Shown here piece after piece: positions 38,101 to 48,147 of a stretch of 64,000 nt of DNA; position 1 is the stretch's first letter, and the number at the start of each line of letters is the position of its first letter. The notes under the pieces are model-generated. The model did no database searches, was not told the DNA's origin, and saw nothing but the letters and a program-made list of their open reading frames with translations. This DNA comes from an uncultured bacterium (lineage in GTDB: Bacteria; Bacteroidota; Rhodothermia; Rhodothermales; UBA10348): contig CALIKL010000040.1 of assembly GCA_938018055.1 (NCBI GenBank), positions 89,137-153,136 on the forward strand, given 5' to 3'. Both the position numbers and the translations under genes were made by a program.

Positions 38101-38195
38101 CAAACAGGTTGGTTCAAAAACGGGGGTGGGATGATTTCTTGAGTGACTAGTGTAGGCAGGACAGTGGCCTGCTGGCAAGCTCATTTCATCCGTAT

Positions 38196-38224
38196 TTATC
38201 CACTCGTCCCACTTCTTATCAACA
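38196..38224 (+). promoter_or_regulatory. Two DnaA-box-like sites in the dnaA upstream region
   Basis: TTATCCACT at 38196-38204 and TTATCAACA at 38216-38224, each one mismatch from TTATCCACA. They lie about 100-125 nt upstream of the dnaA ATG (38100, minus strand), next to an A9 run. Confidence 0.45.
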
Positions 38225-38287
38225 CTCCGAATGTTGAAAAAAAAAGTAGCAGGAATCCCTTGATTTTCCGACCCTGTTCGAAGGCAC

Positions 38288-38321
38288 GGCCTGGGGGTGG
38301 TTTCAGCCCCCCATCCAGGCC
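38288..38321 (-). terminator. Hairpin downstream of bcp (terminator-like, no U-tract)
   Basis: GGCCTGG...CCAGGCC outer stem plus GGG/CCC inner pairs, 17 nt after the bcp stop (38338). No T-run follows, so its function is uncertain. Confidence 0.35.
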
Positions 38322-38337
38322 GCCCTCGTGACCTTTC

Positions 38338-38820
38338 TTAATCGGCCAGACCGAACCAGCGAAGAACTTCGGCTGCATGATCACCCGTCTTCGGGCGCTT
38401 GATAACTTTGACGATCGACCCGTTTTCATCGATCAGGAAGGTCGTTCGCTTCGTTCCATTGATTAGCTTGCCATACATATTTTTGGGCCCATACGTCCCG
38501 TATGCGCCCATTACTGTGCGTTCCGTGTCGGCAATGAGCGGGAATGGCAGTTCGAACTTCTCGGAAAAGCCTGCGTGTTTCTTGACGGGGTCATCAGAAA
38601 CACCAACAACAGCAATGCCATGTGCCTGCAGGTCTGACCAATGGTCACGCAAGTTGCACGCCTGTTTGGTACAACCAGGCGTATTGTCGCGCGGGTAGAA
38701 GTAGAGAACCAGTTTTTGACCGGCGAAGTCGCCCAGCGAAACGGTAGAGCCATCCTGGGTTATCCCCGAAAAATCAGGCGCATTCGTGCCTTCTTCAGGC
38801 ATCTCGACAGTAGTACTCAT
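38338..38820 (-). CDS. bcp: Thioredoxin-dependent thiol peroxidase (peroxiredoxin Bcp)
   Basis: 160 aa with LVLYFYPRDNTPGCTKQAC, the peroxidatic Cys motif of Bcp/PrxQ. Confidence 0.9.
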   Translation of the reverse strand: MSTTVEMPEEGTNAPDFSGITQDGSTVSLGDFAGQKLVLYFYPRDNTPGCTKQACNLRDHWSDLQAHGIAVVGVSDDPVKKHAGFSEKFELPFPLIADTERTVMGAYGTYGPKNMYGKLINGTKRTTFLIDENGSIVKVIKRPKTGDHAAEVLRWFGLAD

Positions 38821-38850
38821 AGTGGCTATTCTGACAGGGTTTGTAATGGT

Positions 38851-39537
38851 CTAGAATGGTACGTCAACCGCAGCGCTCAGGAAGCGCATGAGCGGCGTTC
38901 CCTTGCCCCATTCAGTGGCGAGGTAGGGAAGAAAATCGGATCGGTGTGCATCCTCTTCAGGCAGTCGGCCAACCCCGATGAAGTCTTTGCGTCGCAAATC
39001 CTCTATATCCGGATGATCGGGGGCAAATCCTTTGGGTGCTCGCACCAGGGACTCACCTTCCCAGGTATACGTTGATGCGAAGAGCGTGTCCTCTTTCACA
39101 TCACGCCATTCATCGGGATCCTGATCGATTCGCTGCCGGATGGCTCGAAGATCAGGACCGGCAGGATGCCACATTCCCATGGCATAAAACACATTCCCCG
39201 GTTCCAGATGCAGGTAGTAGCCGGGCGCATGAACATCTTTTCCCAGACGATGCCGGAAGTGGACCCCGGCGACCGTCTTGTAAGGGTCCTTGTTCTTGGA
39301 GAAACGGACGTCACGGTAGATACGGAAGAGCGAGCCGCCAGAGGCTTTCGGGATGGCCAGGTAGTGTGGACTCAGCTCAGACAGCATCGGAGCAAAGTCA
39401 GCGATCATGTCCAACAACGGCTCTTTGACGTCCTGCTCATAGCGGGCCTTGTGTTCGGTAAACCATTCCCGCGTATTGTTGGCTTTGAGTTCTCTGAGGA
39501 ACGAGAACAACGCGGGAGTGATGTACGGATTGGCCAT
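38851..39537 (-). CDS. DUF2461 (TIGR02453) family protein
   Basis: 228 aa. FSFLRELKANNTREWFTEHKARYEQDVKEPL and RIYRDVRFSKNKDPYKT are the characteristic DUF2461 blocks. Confidence 0.75.
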   Translation of the reverse strand: MANPYITPALFSFLRELKANNTREWFTEHKARYEQDVKEPLLDMIADFAPMLSELSPHYLAIPKASGGSLFRIYRDVRFSKNKDPYKTVAGVHFRHRLGKDVHAPGYYLHLEPGNVFYAMGMWHPAGPDLRAIRQRIDQDPDEWRDVKEDTLFASTYTWEGESLVRAPKGFAPDHPDIEDLRRKDFIGVGRLPEEDAHRSDFLPYLATEWGKGTPLMRFLSAAVDVPF

Positions 39538-39692
39538 GGTAGTCAGTGACGGAGATGCGGTGCGGAAGGTAGGAGATCGCCATCTGAGGCGGATCTAGTT
39601 CTTGAAGAGCGACCATATCATGGTACGACGAACGTGTTGAACCGACCCTGTTTGAGCGTGGGAATCTCCGGTTACGCAACGGGTAGCCAGAC

Positions 39693-42194
39693 TCAGTTGA
39701 TTCCGATATCACCCATGCCGTCATCCTGGTTGCCACGATTCGGCCGCTGCGCGCGACGAATCTGTTCCCCGAAGTTGTACTGGAAGGTCAATCCTACCGA
39801 CTGGGATTCCCAGTTGCGGCTTCCAAGTTGATAGAAGGCCGCCTGATCCACCTCAAACTCGAAGCCCATCATGTTGAGCGGATCGCTTACGCGAAGCGTC
39901 AGCGATCCTTTGTTGTTCAGAATGCGCTGGCGGATAGACAGGTTGGCCACCGAGAAGGAGGAAATCCGGCCTTGCGCGACATCGATGGGAGCGCGGTAAA
40001 AATAAAACATCTGCAAATCCGTCCCGTCCTGGATCTTGTAGGACACACTTGCCCGGGAGGACCAGGAAATGGCGTCATTCGCAAGATCCGCGTCGACGTT
40101 CGTTCCCTCCGTTACAATGCGGTAGGCATTGAAGCTGGAGAATCCGCTCAGCTTCCCGATCCGCAATGAACCAATCACCTCGGTACCGTAGGATTCGCTT
40201 TGGTCGAAATTCCGGAATGTGAGCGTGGAAATACCGCTGTTCGGATCAACCGTCTTGTAGCGCTCGATCTTATTGACTGTGCGACGATAGTAGGGTGAAA
40301 TACTGAGGGATCCCTTACGCGAGAATTGTTGGTAGGCCAGCTCGACAGCGTGGATGTATTCAGGCTGCAACTGGGGATTTCCTACGCTCAGGTTCAGTGG
40401 ATCGGAAAAGGTGGTGAACGGATTCAGCTGATTTGTACGAGGACGATTCACCCGCTTGGAATAGCTCACCTTCAACTGCTTCATCTGAGAGAGGTTGTAA
40501 TTCAGGAAGGCACTCGGAAAAAGACTGGCGTAATCGTTGTCGAACGATTCAGCCGTTGTCCGCAGATTGAAGGTGGTACGGGCCTGCTCAGCCCGAAGCC
40601 CGACCTGGGCCTCAAATGAACCAAATGCTTTACTGACAATCCCGTACCCAGCAAAGACATCCTCATCGAAGATGAATTGATTGGTCTGAGCGTCGTCCAC
40701 TTCAAAGACCTGCTGCGTGAGGTCGAGAGACCGCACGTCGAACCGGTTGTCCATTTGGCGCAACGTGGCCTTGGCACCGGCTTCGACTTTCCAATCTCCG
40801 AAAGGTCGAATCCAATCGGATTGCGCATTCCATTGCATATCATGGTTGTCCAGTTCGTTGATGGTCTGCTCCAGCAGCAGATCAGCGCTGCCGCCGTCCA
40901 GCTCCATCAGTCGTTCGGTCAAGTCGTCGAGATCACCACCGTCAGATTCATTGTAGCGCACTTCGCCGGTCAATTCGCGCTTGGAGGCCTCAACAATCCG
41001 GCGACCCGAAAGTGAGAAGTCCATGGATGACCCGTCTGTAGCGCGGATACTTTGCCTGACGGAGCGATCCGTGAGGGAGCGGTCGGGATCCAGTTGGTTG
41101 TATAGGTTCTCGGAAGCATTATCTCCGTCACGAACACTTGCAAGGGCGGAAAACGAAAGCTCAGAAATGTCGCTCAATTTGAGGTCAAGGGAGGAATTGA
41201 CCAGGTGAGAAGTTGAGGTGCGTAATCCGGAATTGTCCTGTTCCAGGTACGTCCAGGGGTCCAGATAGCGATTCTCCCGAAAGTTGTATCCGTCACTATC
41301 GCGGTCCTCTGAGCGAAACCCATAGTTGGCGAACACGGTCATTCGACCTCGCTGCGCGGTGAACGACCCGCCTACATTGTAGTCGCCTCGCGTGGAGCCT
41401 CCGGACGTGATACTGCCACTCTTTCCAAGCTCGGTGTCCTTTTTGAGAATGATGTTCAGGGCACCCGCCTGTCCGTCCGGGTCGTACTTGGCCGATGGAT
41501 TGGGAATCACTTCCACACGATCGACTGAGCTGGCCGGAATCTGCTGCAAAAAGGCAGTCAAGAAGTCACCCCGCAGGGGGGATGGTTTCCCATTGATCAA
41601 AATGTTGATGTTCTGATTTCCGCGAAGCGAGACCTTCCCATCTACATCCACCTCGACCGAGGGGATATTTTGCAACACATCGGTTGCATTACCTCCGGCG
41701 CTGGCGATCTGATCGCGTGTGTTGTAAACCGTTCGGTCAATCTCGAAAGCGACCTCAGCGCGTTCGGCCACCACTTGTACCCCTTCAAGCTCTGCCGCAT
41801 CAGTCCGCAGGGTAACGGCTCCCAATTCCACTCGCGTATTGCCCGGCGTGATTTCGAATATTTCTGATCGGACCGGCTCGAATCCGACGAAACTGATTTC
41901 CGCGAAGTAGCGGCCAGGTCGCAGGCGATCGATCACAAAGCTTCCAGAGGCATCCGTTACCGTGCCGGTAACCAGACTGGAATCAGCGGCTGCACGAATT
42001 CCAATGGTCGCCGTGACCAACGGTTCTCCACTGCGTTCGAACACCTCGCCCGTGACCGTGCCGATGGTTGTCTGGACGTCCGACGTGGGGCCGGCAATCG
42101 TCTGGGCAGTGGCGTCGGCAGTCGGGTAAGCAAGGACCAGAGCCACAGCCATCAGAGGGGCTGCCGGGCAGGGGAAGGGTCGGAATCGAAACAT
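39693..42194 (-). CDS. TonB-dependent receptor / outer-membrane beta-barrel protein with an N-terminal CarboxypepD_reg domain
   Basis: 833 aa with a signal peptide. The carboxypeptidase-regulatory-like domain reads TVTGEVFERSGEPLVTATIGI...RLRPGRYFAEISFVGF. A plug region follows, then a long beta-barrel ending in an aromatic-rich C-terminus. Confidence 0.8.
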   Translation of the reverse strand: MFRFRPFPCPAAPLMAVALVLAYPTADATAQTIAGPTSDVQTTIGTVTGEVFERSGEPLVTATIGIRAAADSSLVTGTVTDASGSFVIDRLRPGRYFAEISFVGFEPVRSEIFEITPGNTRVELGAVTLRTDAAELEGVQVVAERAEVAFEIDRTVYNTRDQIASAGGNATDVLQNIPSVEVDVDGKVSLRGNQNINILINGKPSPLRGDFLTAFLQQIPASSVDRVEVIPNPSAKYDPDGQAGALNIILKKDTELGKSGSITSGGSTRGDYNVGGSFTAQRGRMTVFANYGFRSEDRDSDGYNFRENRYLDPWTYLEQDNSGLRTSTSHLVNSSLDLKLSDISELSFSALASVRDGDNASENLYNQLDPDRSLTDRSVRQSIRATDGSSMDFSLSGRRIVEASKRELTGEVRYNESDGGDLDDLTERLMELDGGSADLLLEQTINELDNHDMQWNAQSDWIRPFGDWKVEAGAKATLRQMDNRFDVRSLDLTQQVFEVDDAQTNQFIFDEDVFAGYGIVSKAFGSFEAQVGLRAEQARTTFNLRTTAESFDNDYASLFPSAFLNYNLSQMKQLKVSYSKRVNRPRTNQLNPFTTFSDPLNLSVGNPQLQPEYIHAVELAYQQFSRKGSLSISPYYRRTVNKIERYKTVDPNSGISTLTFRNFDQSESYGTEVIGSLRIGKLSGFSSFNAYRIVTEGTNVDADLANDAISWSSRASVSYKIQDGTDLQMFYFYRAPIDVAQGRISSFSVANLSIRQRILNNKGSLTLRVSDPLNMMGFEFEVDQAAFYQLGSRNWESQSVGLTFQYNFGEQIRRAQRPNRGNQDDGMGDIGIN

Positions 42195-42337
42195 GAGGTG
42201 AAGTCCGGTAGGTGGATACTTGAATGCCCCTCCGAGTCCTCAACCCCCGACTCGGTTACACGTCAATCAGATGAAATCCCCGCAAAGCATGATCGTGTAA
42301 CCCATAGGCGCACAATGGATAACGCCGACATAAACGT

Positions 42338-44203
42338 TCAGTGATCGGTTTCTGATGAACGGTTCTCTCCCGTATCGAAATATTCCCTGACCAGGCGCGC
42401 TGCGTATGGCCCCACTTCCTCGGAAAGCAAGGTCTCGGACGCTTCTCTGACTCGTTTCAGGGATCCGAATGCTCTCAGCAGCTTGCGTGCCGTTGCCGGA
42501 CCGATCCCCTCGATTTCTTCCAGCTCCGTATGCAGTGTGTTCTTCTTGCGTTGTTTTCGCTGGAACGTGACAGCAAATCGGTGGGCTTCATTACGCGCAC
42601 GCTGCAGAAGCTGCAGCGATGCGCTGTCTTTCGAGATGAAGACCGACTCGGTATCCCCGGGGAAAAACACTTCCTCCAATCGCTTGGCCAGGCCGACGAG
42701 AGGGAATTTCCCGTAGGCCTCCACATCGACCAAGGCCTGAACAGAGCTCGAAAGCTGACCTTTCCCACCGTCAATGACAACCAGGTCGGGCCAAGGCCCG
42801 TTTTCCTCTACCACTTTCCCGTAGCGACGACCGACGACTTCTTTCATTGATTGGAAATCGTCGGAACGCCCATTACCGACGGTTCGCATCTTGTACGTGC
42901 GGTACTCGCTTTTACGCGGCTGTCCATCAATAAATACCACACAGGAGGCAACGACATCCGTGCCACTCAGATGGGAAATGTCGAAGCATTCGATCCGACG
43001 GGGAAGACGCGGAAGGGAAAGATCTTTCTGAAGCTTTTCAACGGCGTGAGGAACCCGGCCTTCCGTCTGTTTTTGTTTGTGGATGAGATGCTCGGATAGC
43101 ATCAATTCCGCATTTTTTTCTACGATCCGAACGAGTCCAGCCTTGTCTCCTCGCTGTGGCACATGCAGTGTCACTTTGTGCCCACTGTTTTCACGAAGGA
43201 GATCTTCGATCAGTTCGGGATCTGCACAGGCAATCGACAACAGGAGTTCTCGGGGAAAGAATGTGGACTCGGTGTAATAGCGCTCCAGGACGGCTTGCAT
43301 CAACTCGTCCTCGGGCGTCTCTTCGATGCGGCTCAAGTAAATGTGACGGCGCCCCACAATCTTTCCGTCGCGCATCTGGAATACCGCTCCGCAAGCCGCA
43401 TTTGACTCCCTGTCCAGAGACAGGGCAAACAGATCCCGATCCGCCAGATCTCCGCTGACGACCTTCTGGCGCTCGGCGTACTTCTCGAGGGCTGCAATCT
43501 GATCCCTGAGCTTGGCCGCCTCCTCGAAGTCCATGGCTTCGGCGACCCGTTGCATCTCATCTTTGAGCAGGGAGATGAGACCGCCCGTCTTGCCGTTGAG
43601 TAGCTGTTCGACCTGCTTGATGGTTTTATCGTAGTCCTCCCTCGATTGCAGACCCACGCACGGCGCGTCACATTTCTTGATGTGGTACTGCAAGCATACT
43701 TCGTATTTCCCGGCTGCAATGGGCTCTGCAGCAAGATTCAACGAGCACGTGCGAAGACGGAAAATGGATCGGATGGTATCGAGCATCAGATTCATGCTGC
43801 GTACGTCCGTGTACGGTCCGAAGTACTTTGACCCGTCCTTTCTTGGACGCCGCGTCGAGAAAACCCGAGGGAAGGGCTCGTTCTTCACGCAAATGAAGGG
43901 GTAGGTCTTGTCATCGCGCAACAGAATGTTGTAGCGAGGTTTGAGACTCTTGATCAGATTGTTTTCAAGCAGCAAGGCCTCCACTTCCGTATCTGTGACA
44001 ATCACTTCAACGTCGCGCACTTTGGAAACCATGATCCGCAGACGACCATCCAGATTTCGACCGGCATGAAAGTAGGAGCTGACCCTCGCCTTCAGGTTCT
44101 TTGCTTTGCCGACATACAACACTTTGCCAGCCTCGTCCTTGTGTTGGTAGACACCGGGGCGGGTAGGAATGCGGGAAAGTCTTTCTGCTAATTCCGGGCG
44201 CAT
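42338..44203 (-). CDS. uvrC: Excinuclease ABC subunit C
   Basis: ORF 42338-44383. I moved the start to M61 (44203). The GIY-YIG domain reads PGVYQHKDEAGKVLYVGKAKNLKARVSSY. A UvrBC-interaction region and a C-terminal HhH (IEGIGPATARKLLRAFGS) follow. Confidence 0.9.
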   Translation of the reverse strand: MRPELAERLSRIPTRPGVYQHKDEAGKVLYVGKAKNLKARVSSYFHAGRNLDGRLRIMVSKVRDVEVIVTDTEVEALLLENNLIKSLKPRYNILLRDDKTYPFICVKNEPFPRVFSTRRPRKDGSKYFGPYTDVRSMNLMLDTIRSIFRLRTCSLNLAAEPIAAGKYEVCLQYHIKKCDAPCVGLQSREDYDKTIKQVEQLLNGKTGGLISLLKDEMQRVAEAMDFEEAAKLRDQIAALEKYAERQKVVSGDLADRDLFALSLDRESNAACGAVFQMRDGKIVGRRHIYLSRIEETPEDELMQAVLERYYTESTFFPRELLLSIACADPELIEDLLRENSGHKVTLHVPQRGDKAGLVRIVEKNAELMLSEHLIHKQKQTEGRVPHAVEKLQKDLSLPRLPRRIECFDISHLSGTDVVASCVVFIDGQPRKSEYRTYKMRTVGNGRSDDFQSMKEVVGRRYGKVVEENGPWPDLVVIDGGKGQLSSSVQALVDVEAYGKFPLVGLAKRLEEVFFPGDTESVFISKDSASLQLLQRARNEAHRFAVTFQRKQRKKNTLHTELEEIEGIGPATARKLLRAFGSLKRVREASETLLSEEVGPYAARLVREYFDTGENRSSETDH

Positions 44204-44333
44204 GAAGTGGTGGCCATCGACGATCTGCAAGGTCTGGATTGACGACAATGTCCGAAAGAGGTTCGTCGTCGCTCCATGAACCGATCCTGATTGTTTAGGT
44301 TCAGGCAAGCATGTCCGCGTCTCTACCCATCTG

Positions 44334-44993
44334 ATGCCCACCACGATCATGTCTGATTCCGAAGCTGACCATACCTCTCCCATTCTGGAGGAGCTTCACC
44401 GACTTTACCCCGACGCTGATTGCGCTCTGAAACATCGCAATGCACACGAGTTGCTGTTTGCGACCATCATGTCGGCGCAGACCACGGATGTCAATGTGAA
44501 CCGGGTCACGGCGTCCCTGTTCGAGAAATATCGGACGGTAAAGGACTTTGCAGACGCCGACCTGGAGATCTTCCAGGAGGAGATCCGGTCTACGGGATTC
44601 TTTCGGAACAAGGCAAAGAATGTAGTGGCAGCCGCAAACATGATCGAGGAAGAGCATGACGGACACGTCCCCGATACAATGAATGACCTTGTGGCCCTGC
44701 CCGGAGTGGCACGCAAGACGGCCAATGTGGTGCTGGGTACGTGGTTCGGGAAAGCGACGGGCTTCGTGGTAGACACCCACGTCAAGCGTCTTGCTTTCCG
44801 ACTCGGACTGACCGAGCAGACTGATCCCGTGAAGGTCGAAAAAGATCTGATGGAGGTTATTCCGCAGGACGAGTGGATCTTCTCCGGTCATGCCATCATC
44901 CTGCATGGTCGCGCGGTTTGCGATGCAAAGAAACCACTTTGTGATGCATGCACCCTACGTCCGCATTGCCCACAAAACGGAGTGGGTTCCTGA
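44334..44993 (+). CDS. nth: Endonuclease III
   Basis: 219 aa with the HhH-GPD block LVALPGVARKTANVVLG and the Fe-S cluster motif CDAKKPLCDACTLRPHC. It is divergent from uvrC. Confidence 0.9.
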   Translation: MPTTIMSDSEADHTSPILEELHRLYPDADCALKHRNAHELLFATIMSAQTTDVNVNRVTASLFEKYRTVKDFADADLEIFQEEIRSTGFFRNKAKNVVAAANMIEEEHDGHVPDTMNDLVALPGVARKTANVVLGTWFGKATGFVVDTHVKRLAFRLGLTEQTDPVKVEKDLMEVIPQDEWIFSGHAIILHGRAVCDAKKPLCDACTLRPHCPQNGVGS

Positions 44994-45053
44994 GAAGAAG
45001 TCCCGCAATCGACCCGCCCGGAAGTCCGGACTCAGACCCGAGCCGGCGGCTCG

Positions 45054-46718
45054 CTAATACGCGTCTTCGTGGACTCCCTTGACGGCACGACCGGACGGAT
45101 CTGCCTGACTGGCGAACGCCGCGTCCCAGGCCAGGGCCTCAGGTGTGCTGCAAGCCACGGATTTTCCACCCGGTACGCAGCGAGCTGCACTTTCAGACGG
45201 GAACAGCTCTTCGAAGATGCTCCGGTAGAAGTACCCCTCTTTCGTGTCCGGGGTATTGATCGGGAAGCGGAACGCGGCACGAGCCATGTCCTGATCGCTG
45301 ACGCGTTCTTCGGCGTGCGCCTTGAGGTAATCAATCCACCCGTAGCCAACACCGTCGGAGAACTGTTCTTTCTGGCGGCGATAGATGCTCTCTGGAAGGA
45401 GGTCCTTGAAAGCTTCCCGGACAATCTGTTTTTCGAGCCGTCCGTCCTTGATCATCTTGGCATCCGGATTCAGGCGCATGGCCGCGTCCAGGAATTCGAG
45501 ATCGAGGAAGGGCACGCGTGCTTCGACGCCCCAGGCGGCCATGCTCTTGTTGGCACGCAGGCAATCGAACAGGTGCAGCCGGTTGATCTTGCGTACCGTC
45601 TCTTCGTGGAATTCCCGGGCGTCTGGGGCTTTATGGAAATACAGGTACCCGCCGAAGATCTCGTCGGCGCCTTCTCCGGACAGCACCATCTTGATGCCCA
45701 TGGCCTTGATCCGACGTGCCATCAGGTACATGGGCGTGGAGGCGCGGATAGTCGTCACATCATAGGTCTCGATATGGTGGATGACGTCCCGCAGGGCATC
45801 GATACCTTCCTGGATGGTGAAGGTAAAACCGTGATGGACGCTTCCGATGTGGTCCGCAACGGCCTTAGCGGCGGCCAGATCAGGGCTGCCCTCGAGGCCG
45901 ATGGCAAAGGAGTGTATCCGTGGCCACCAGGCTTCCGACTGGTCGTCGGCGTCCACACGGGATGCGGCATATTTACAGGCCAGAGCCGCGATGACGGACG
46001 AGTCGAGGCCGCCCGACAGGAGCACGCCGTAAGGGACATCACCCATCAATTGTCGATGGACGGCGTCGGAGAGGGCATTACGCACGACCTGAGGATCAGA
46101 AGACCCTGCTTCGACATCTTCGTAGGCCTCCCAGCCCCAGTCGTGCCATTCGCGTGGTTCACGATCGGAATCGCTGTCGAGGACGTGGCCCGGAAGGAAT
46201 TCTTCGAACCGGTTGCAGACCGGCTCAAGGGCCTTCATTTCGGAAGCGACGATCAGGTGACCGGCGGCGTCGTGGCCGAAGTAAAGCGGGATGACGCCGA
46301 CGGGATCACGAGCAACCAGGAAACGGTTTTTCAGGCTGTCCCACAGTACGAAGGCGTAGATCCCGTTCAGTCGCTTGAGACCATCAATGCCATCCCGATC
46401 GAGCAACGGGATGATGACTTCGCAATCGGAGTCCGTCTGAAAAGTGTAGTCCGGAAATTCCTTGCGCAGCTCCCGATGGTTGTAGATCTCGCCGTTGACG
46501 GCCAGCACGTAACGCTGATCCGGGCTGTACAGCGGCTGGGCACCATGAAGCAGGTCCACGATGGCCAGACGTTCATGGGCCAGAATGGCATGATCGTCGG
46601 CGTGGATTCCGGACCAGTCCGGACCGCGGTGACGCTGGCGACGGCTCATCGTCAACGCCTGCTCGCGCAATTCGTCGGTTACGCTGGGAATGTCAAGAAT
46701 GGCCAGGATCGAGCACAT
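45054..46718 (-). CDS. asnB: Asparagine synthase (glutamine-hydrolysing)
   Basis: 554 aa. It has the N-terminal nucleophile MCSILAILD, the PP-loop LLSGGLDSS and typical AsnB C-terminal blocks. Confidence 0.9.
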   Translation of the reverse strand: MCSILAILDIPSVTDELREQALTMSRRQRHRGPDWSGIHADDHAILAHERLAIVDLLHGAQPLYSPDQRYVLAVNGEIYNHRELRKEFPDYTFQTDSDCEVIIPLLDRDGIDGLKRLNGIYAFVLWDSLKNRFLVARDPVGVIPLYFGHDAAGHLIVASEMKALEPVCNRFEEFLPGHVLDSDSDREPREWHDWGWEAYEDVEAGSSDPQVVRNALSDAVHRQLMGDVPYGVLLSGGLDSSVIAALACKYAASRVDADDQSEAWWPRIHSFAIGLEGSPDLAAAKAVADHIGSVHHGFTFTIQEGIDALRDVIHHIETYDVTTIRASTPMYLMARRIKAMGIKMVLSGEGADEIFGGYLYFHKAPDAREFHEETVRKINRLHLFDCLRANKSMAAWGVEARVPFLDLEFLDAAMRLNPDAKMIKDGRLEKQIVREAFKDLLPESIYRRQKEQFSDGVGYGWIDYLKAHAEERVSDQDMARAAFRFPINTPDTKEGYFYRSIFEELFPSESAARCVPGGKSVACSTPEALAWDAAFASQADPSGRAVKGVHEDAY

Positions 46719-46875
46719 GCGTCAGACACGTAAGACAGTGTGTGGGTCAAGAACTGGTGATACACCGAATCGCCCCACAAGACCCCTTCGAGGCAGAACA
46801 AAAAGCGCTTCCGGTGCAAAAAAAACCACTCATCGACCGCTCAATCGGACCAAAAGGACTCTTCCAGCCGGAGTG

Positions 46876-48147
46876 TCAGGCGACCGAATGCAGCGCCTCG
46901 TCGAACAACTCTGCGAATCGCCGCACGTCTTCGAACGAGTTGTACAGGGGGGCCGGAGAAATCCGGATGCAGTTCGGATTGCGCCAGTCGCAGATCACGC
47001 CGCGCTCTTTGATGAAGTCAAAAACAGCACGCCCGTTTTCCCCATGAACACGCAGTGAGAGCTGTGCCCCACGTTGCTGGGGATCAGCGGGTGTCATGAT
47101 GTCGAATCCGTCCCCGATCTCCTGAAGAAGATCCCACAGATAGCCCGTCAGCTTTTTGCTCTTGGTCCGGATGGCATCCATGCCGACCTCATCGAACAGG
47201 GCGAGAGAGCCTTTGAGTGGTGCCGTGGACAGGATGGGCGTGTTGGTCATCTGCCATCCGACGGCGCCCGGCTCGGGATCGAACTCATCAACCCACTGAA
47301 AGCGGGTTGCACGATTGTGACCCCACCATCCAGCCAGTCTTGGAAGGTCCGATGCACGAGCGAACCGTTCGTGGACGAACGCACCACCCGGCGCAGCAGG
47401 CCCCGAATTCAAGTACTTGTAGTGACACCACGCTGCAAAATCGACATTCCAATCGTGTAATGAGAGGGGCACGTTGCCGGCCGCATGGGCAAGATCCCAT
47501 CCGACAATACATCCCTGATCATGTCCTGCACGCGTGATTCCAGGGATATCAAAGAATTGCCCAGTGTAGTAGTTGACACCGCCGAGCATGATCAATGCAA
47601 GACGTTCTCCTTCGCGCTCGATCGTATCGAGAATATCCTCGGTTCGCAGGTGATCTTCGCCATCGCGCGCTTGTTGGATGATCAAGCACTCGTCCGGATC
47701 AAATCCGTGGAATCGGATCTGCTCTCGGAAGGCATATTGATCGGAAGGAAACGTGTGCTCTTCAATGAGAATGCAAGGGCGTTCGTCTGTCGGCCGGTAA
47801 AAGGAGAGCATCAGCAGATTGATGTTCACCGTCAACGAGTTCATGACGGCCACTTCGATCGGTTTCGCGCCCACAAGGCGTGCTTCCGATGCGCGCAGCG
47901 CAGTGCCGTAATCGGCCCACGGATTATCCCCTGTGAAATACCCCTCGATTCCCAGCTTTGCCCAGTCTGTCATTACGGCGTCCAATGCTTGAACCCCTTC
48001 CCGAGGCTGCAACCCAAGCGAGTTTCCGCATAGATACAGCGTCTCTGATCCATCGGGCATGCGTGGAATGGAAAACGACGCGCGAAACCTTGCAAGAGGG
48101 TCAGCGGCATCCATTTCCTGGGCAATGAGGGCCGGAAATCGAGTCAT
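46876..48147 (-). CDS. kynU: Kynureninase
   Basis: 423 aa. YLCGNSLGLQP, HYKYLNSGPAAPGG and WWGH... are blocks typical of kynureninase (class V fold). Confidence 0.85.
   Translation of the reverse strand: MTRFPALIAQEMDAADPLARFRASFSIPRMPDGSETLYLCGNSLGLQPREGVQALDAVMTDWAKLGIEGYFTGDNPWADYGTALRASEARLVGAKPIEVAVMNSLTVNINLLMLSFYRPTDERPCILIEEHTFPSDQYAFREQIRFHGFDPDECLIIQQARDGEDHLRTEDILDTIEREGERLALIMLGGVNYYTGQFFDIPGITRAGHDQGCIVGWDLAHAAGNVPLSLHDWNVDFAAWCHYKYLNSGPAAPGGAFVHERFARASDLPRLAGWWGHNRATRFQWVDEFDPEPGAVGWQMTNTPILSTAPLKGSLALFDEVGMDAIRTKSKKLTGYLWDLLQEIGDGFDIMTPADPQQRGAQLSLRVHGENGRAVFDFIKERGVICDWRNPNCIRISPAPLYNSFEDVRRFAELFDEALHSVA

Noticed and set aside
42195-42337. A possible riboswitch (for example cobalamin) upstream of the TonB-dependent receptor
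   Set aside because: The 143-nt leader contains hairpins: TTACACG...CGTGTAA, and CCGAGTC...GACTCGG at about 42231-42254. I could not find a B12-box or any other riboswitch core I recognise. The second hairpin more likely terminates uvrC.
45069-46733. A 554-aa plus-strand ORF exactly mirroring asnB
   Set aside because: The minus-strand frame has unmistakable AsnB signatures: the MCSILAILD nucleophile, the SGGLDSS PP-loop and the full-length pattern. The plus-strand product has no recognisable motif and is Arg/Gly/Val-rich in the way antisense shadows of GC-rich genes are. I treat it as an antisense artefact.
46719-46875. A T8 run between kynU and asnB as an intrinsic terminator or asnB leader
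   Set aside because: On the minus strand the T8 run (complement of A8 at 46829-46836) is not preceded by a convincing GC-rich stem; the best pairs are 3-4 bp. I saw no Asn-rich small ORF upstream of asnB. There is not enough evidence to call a feature.
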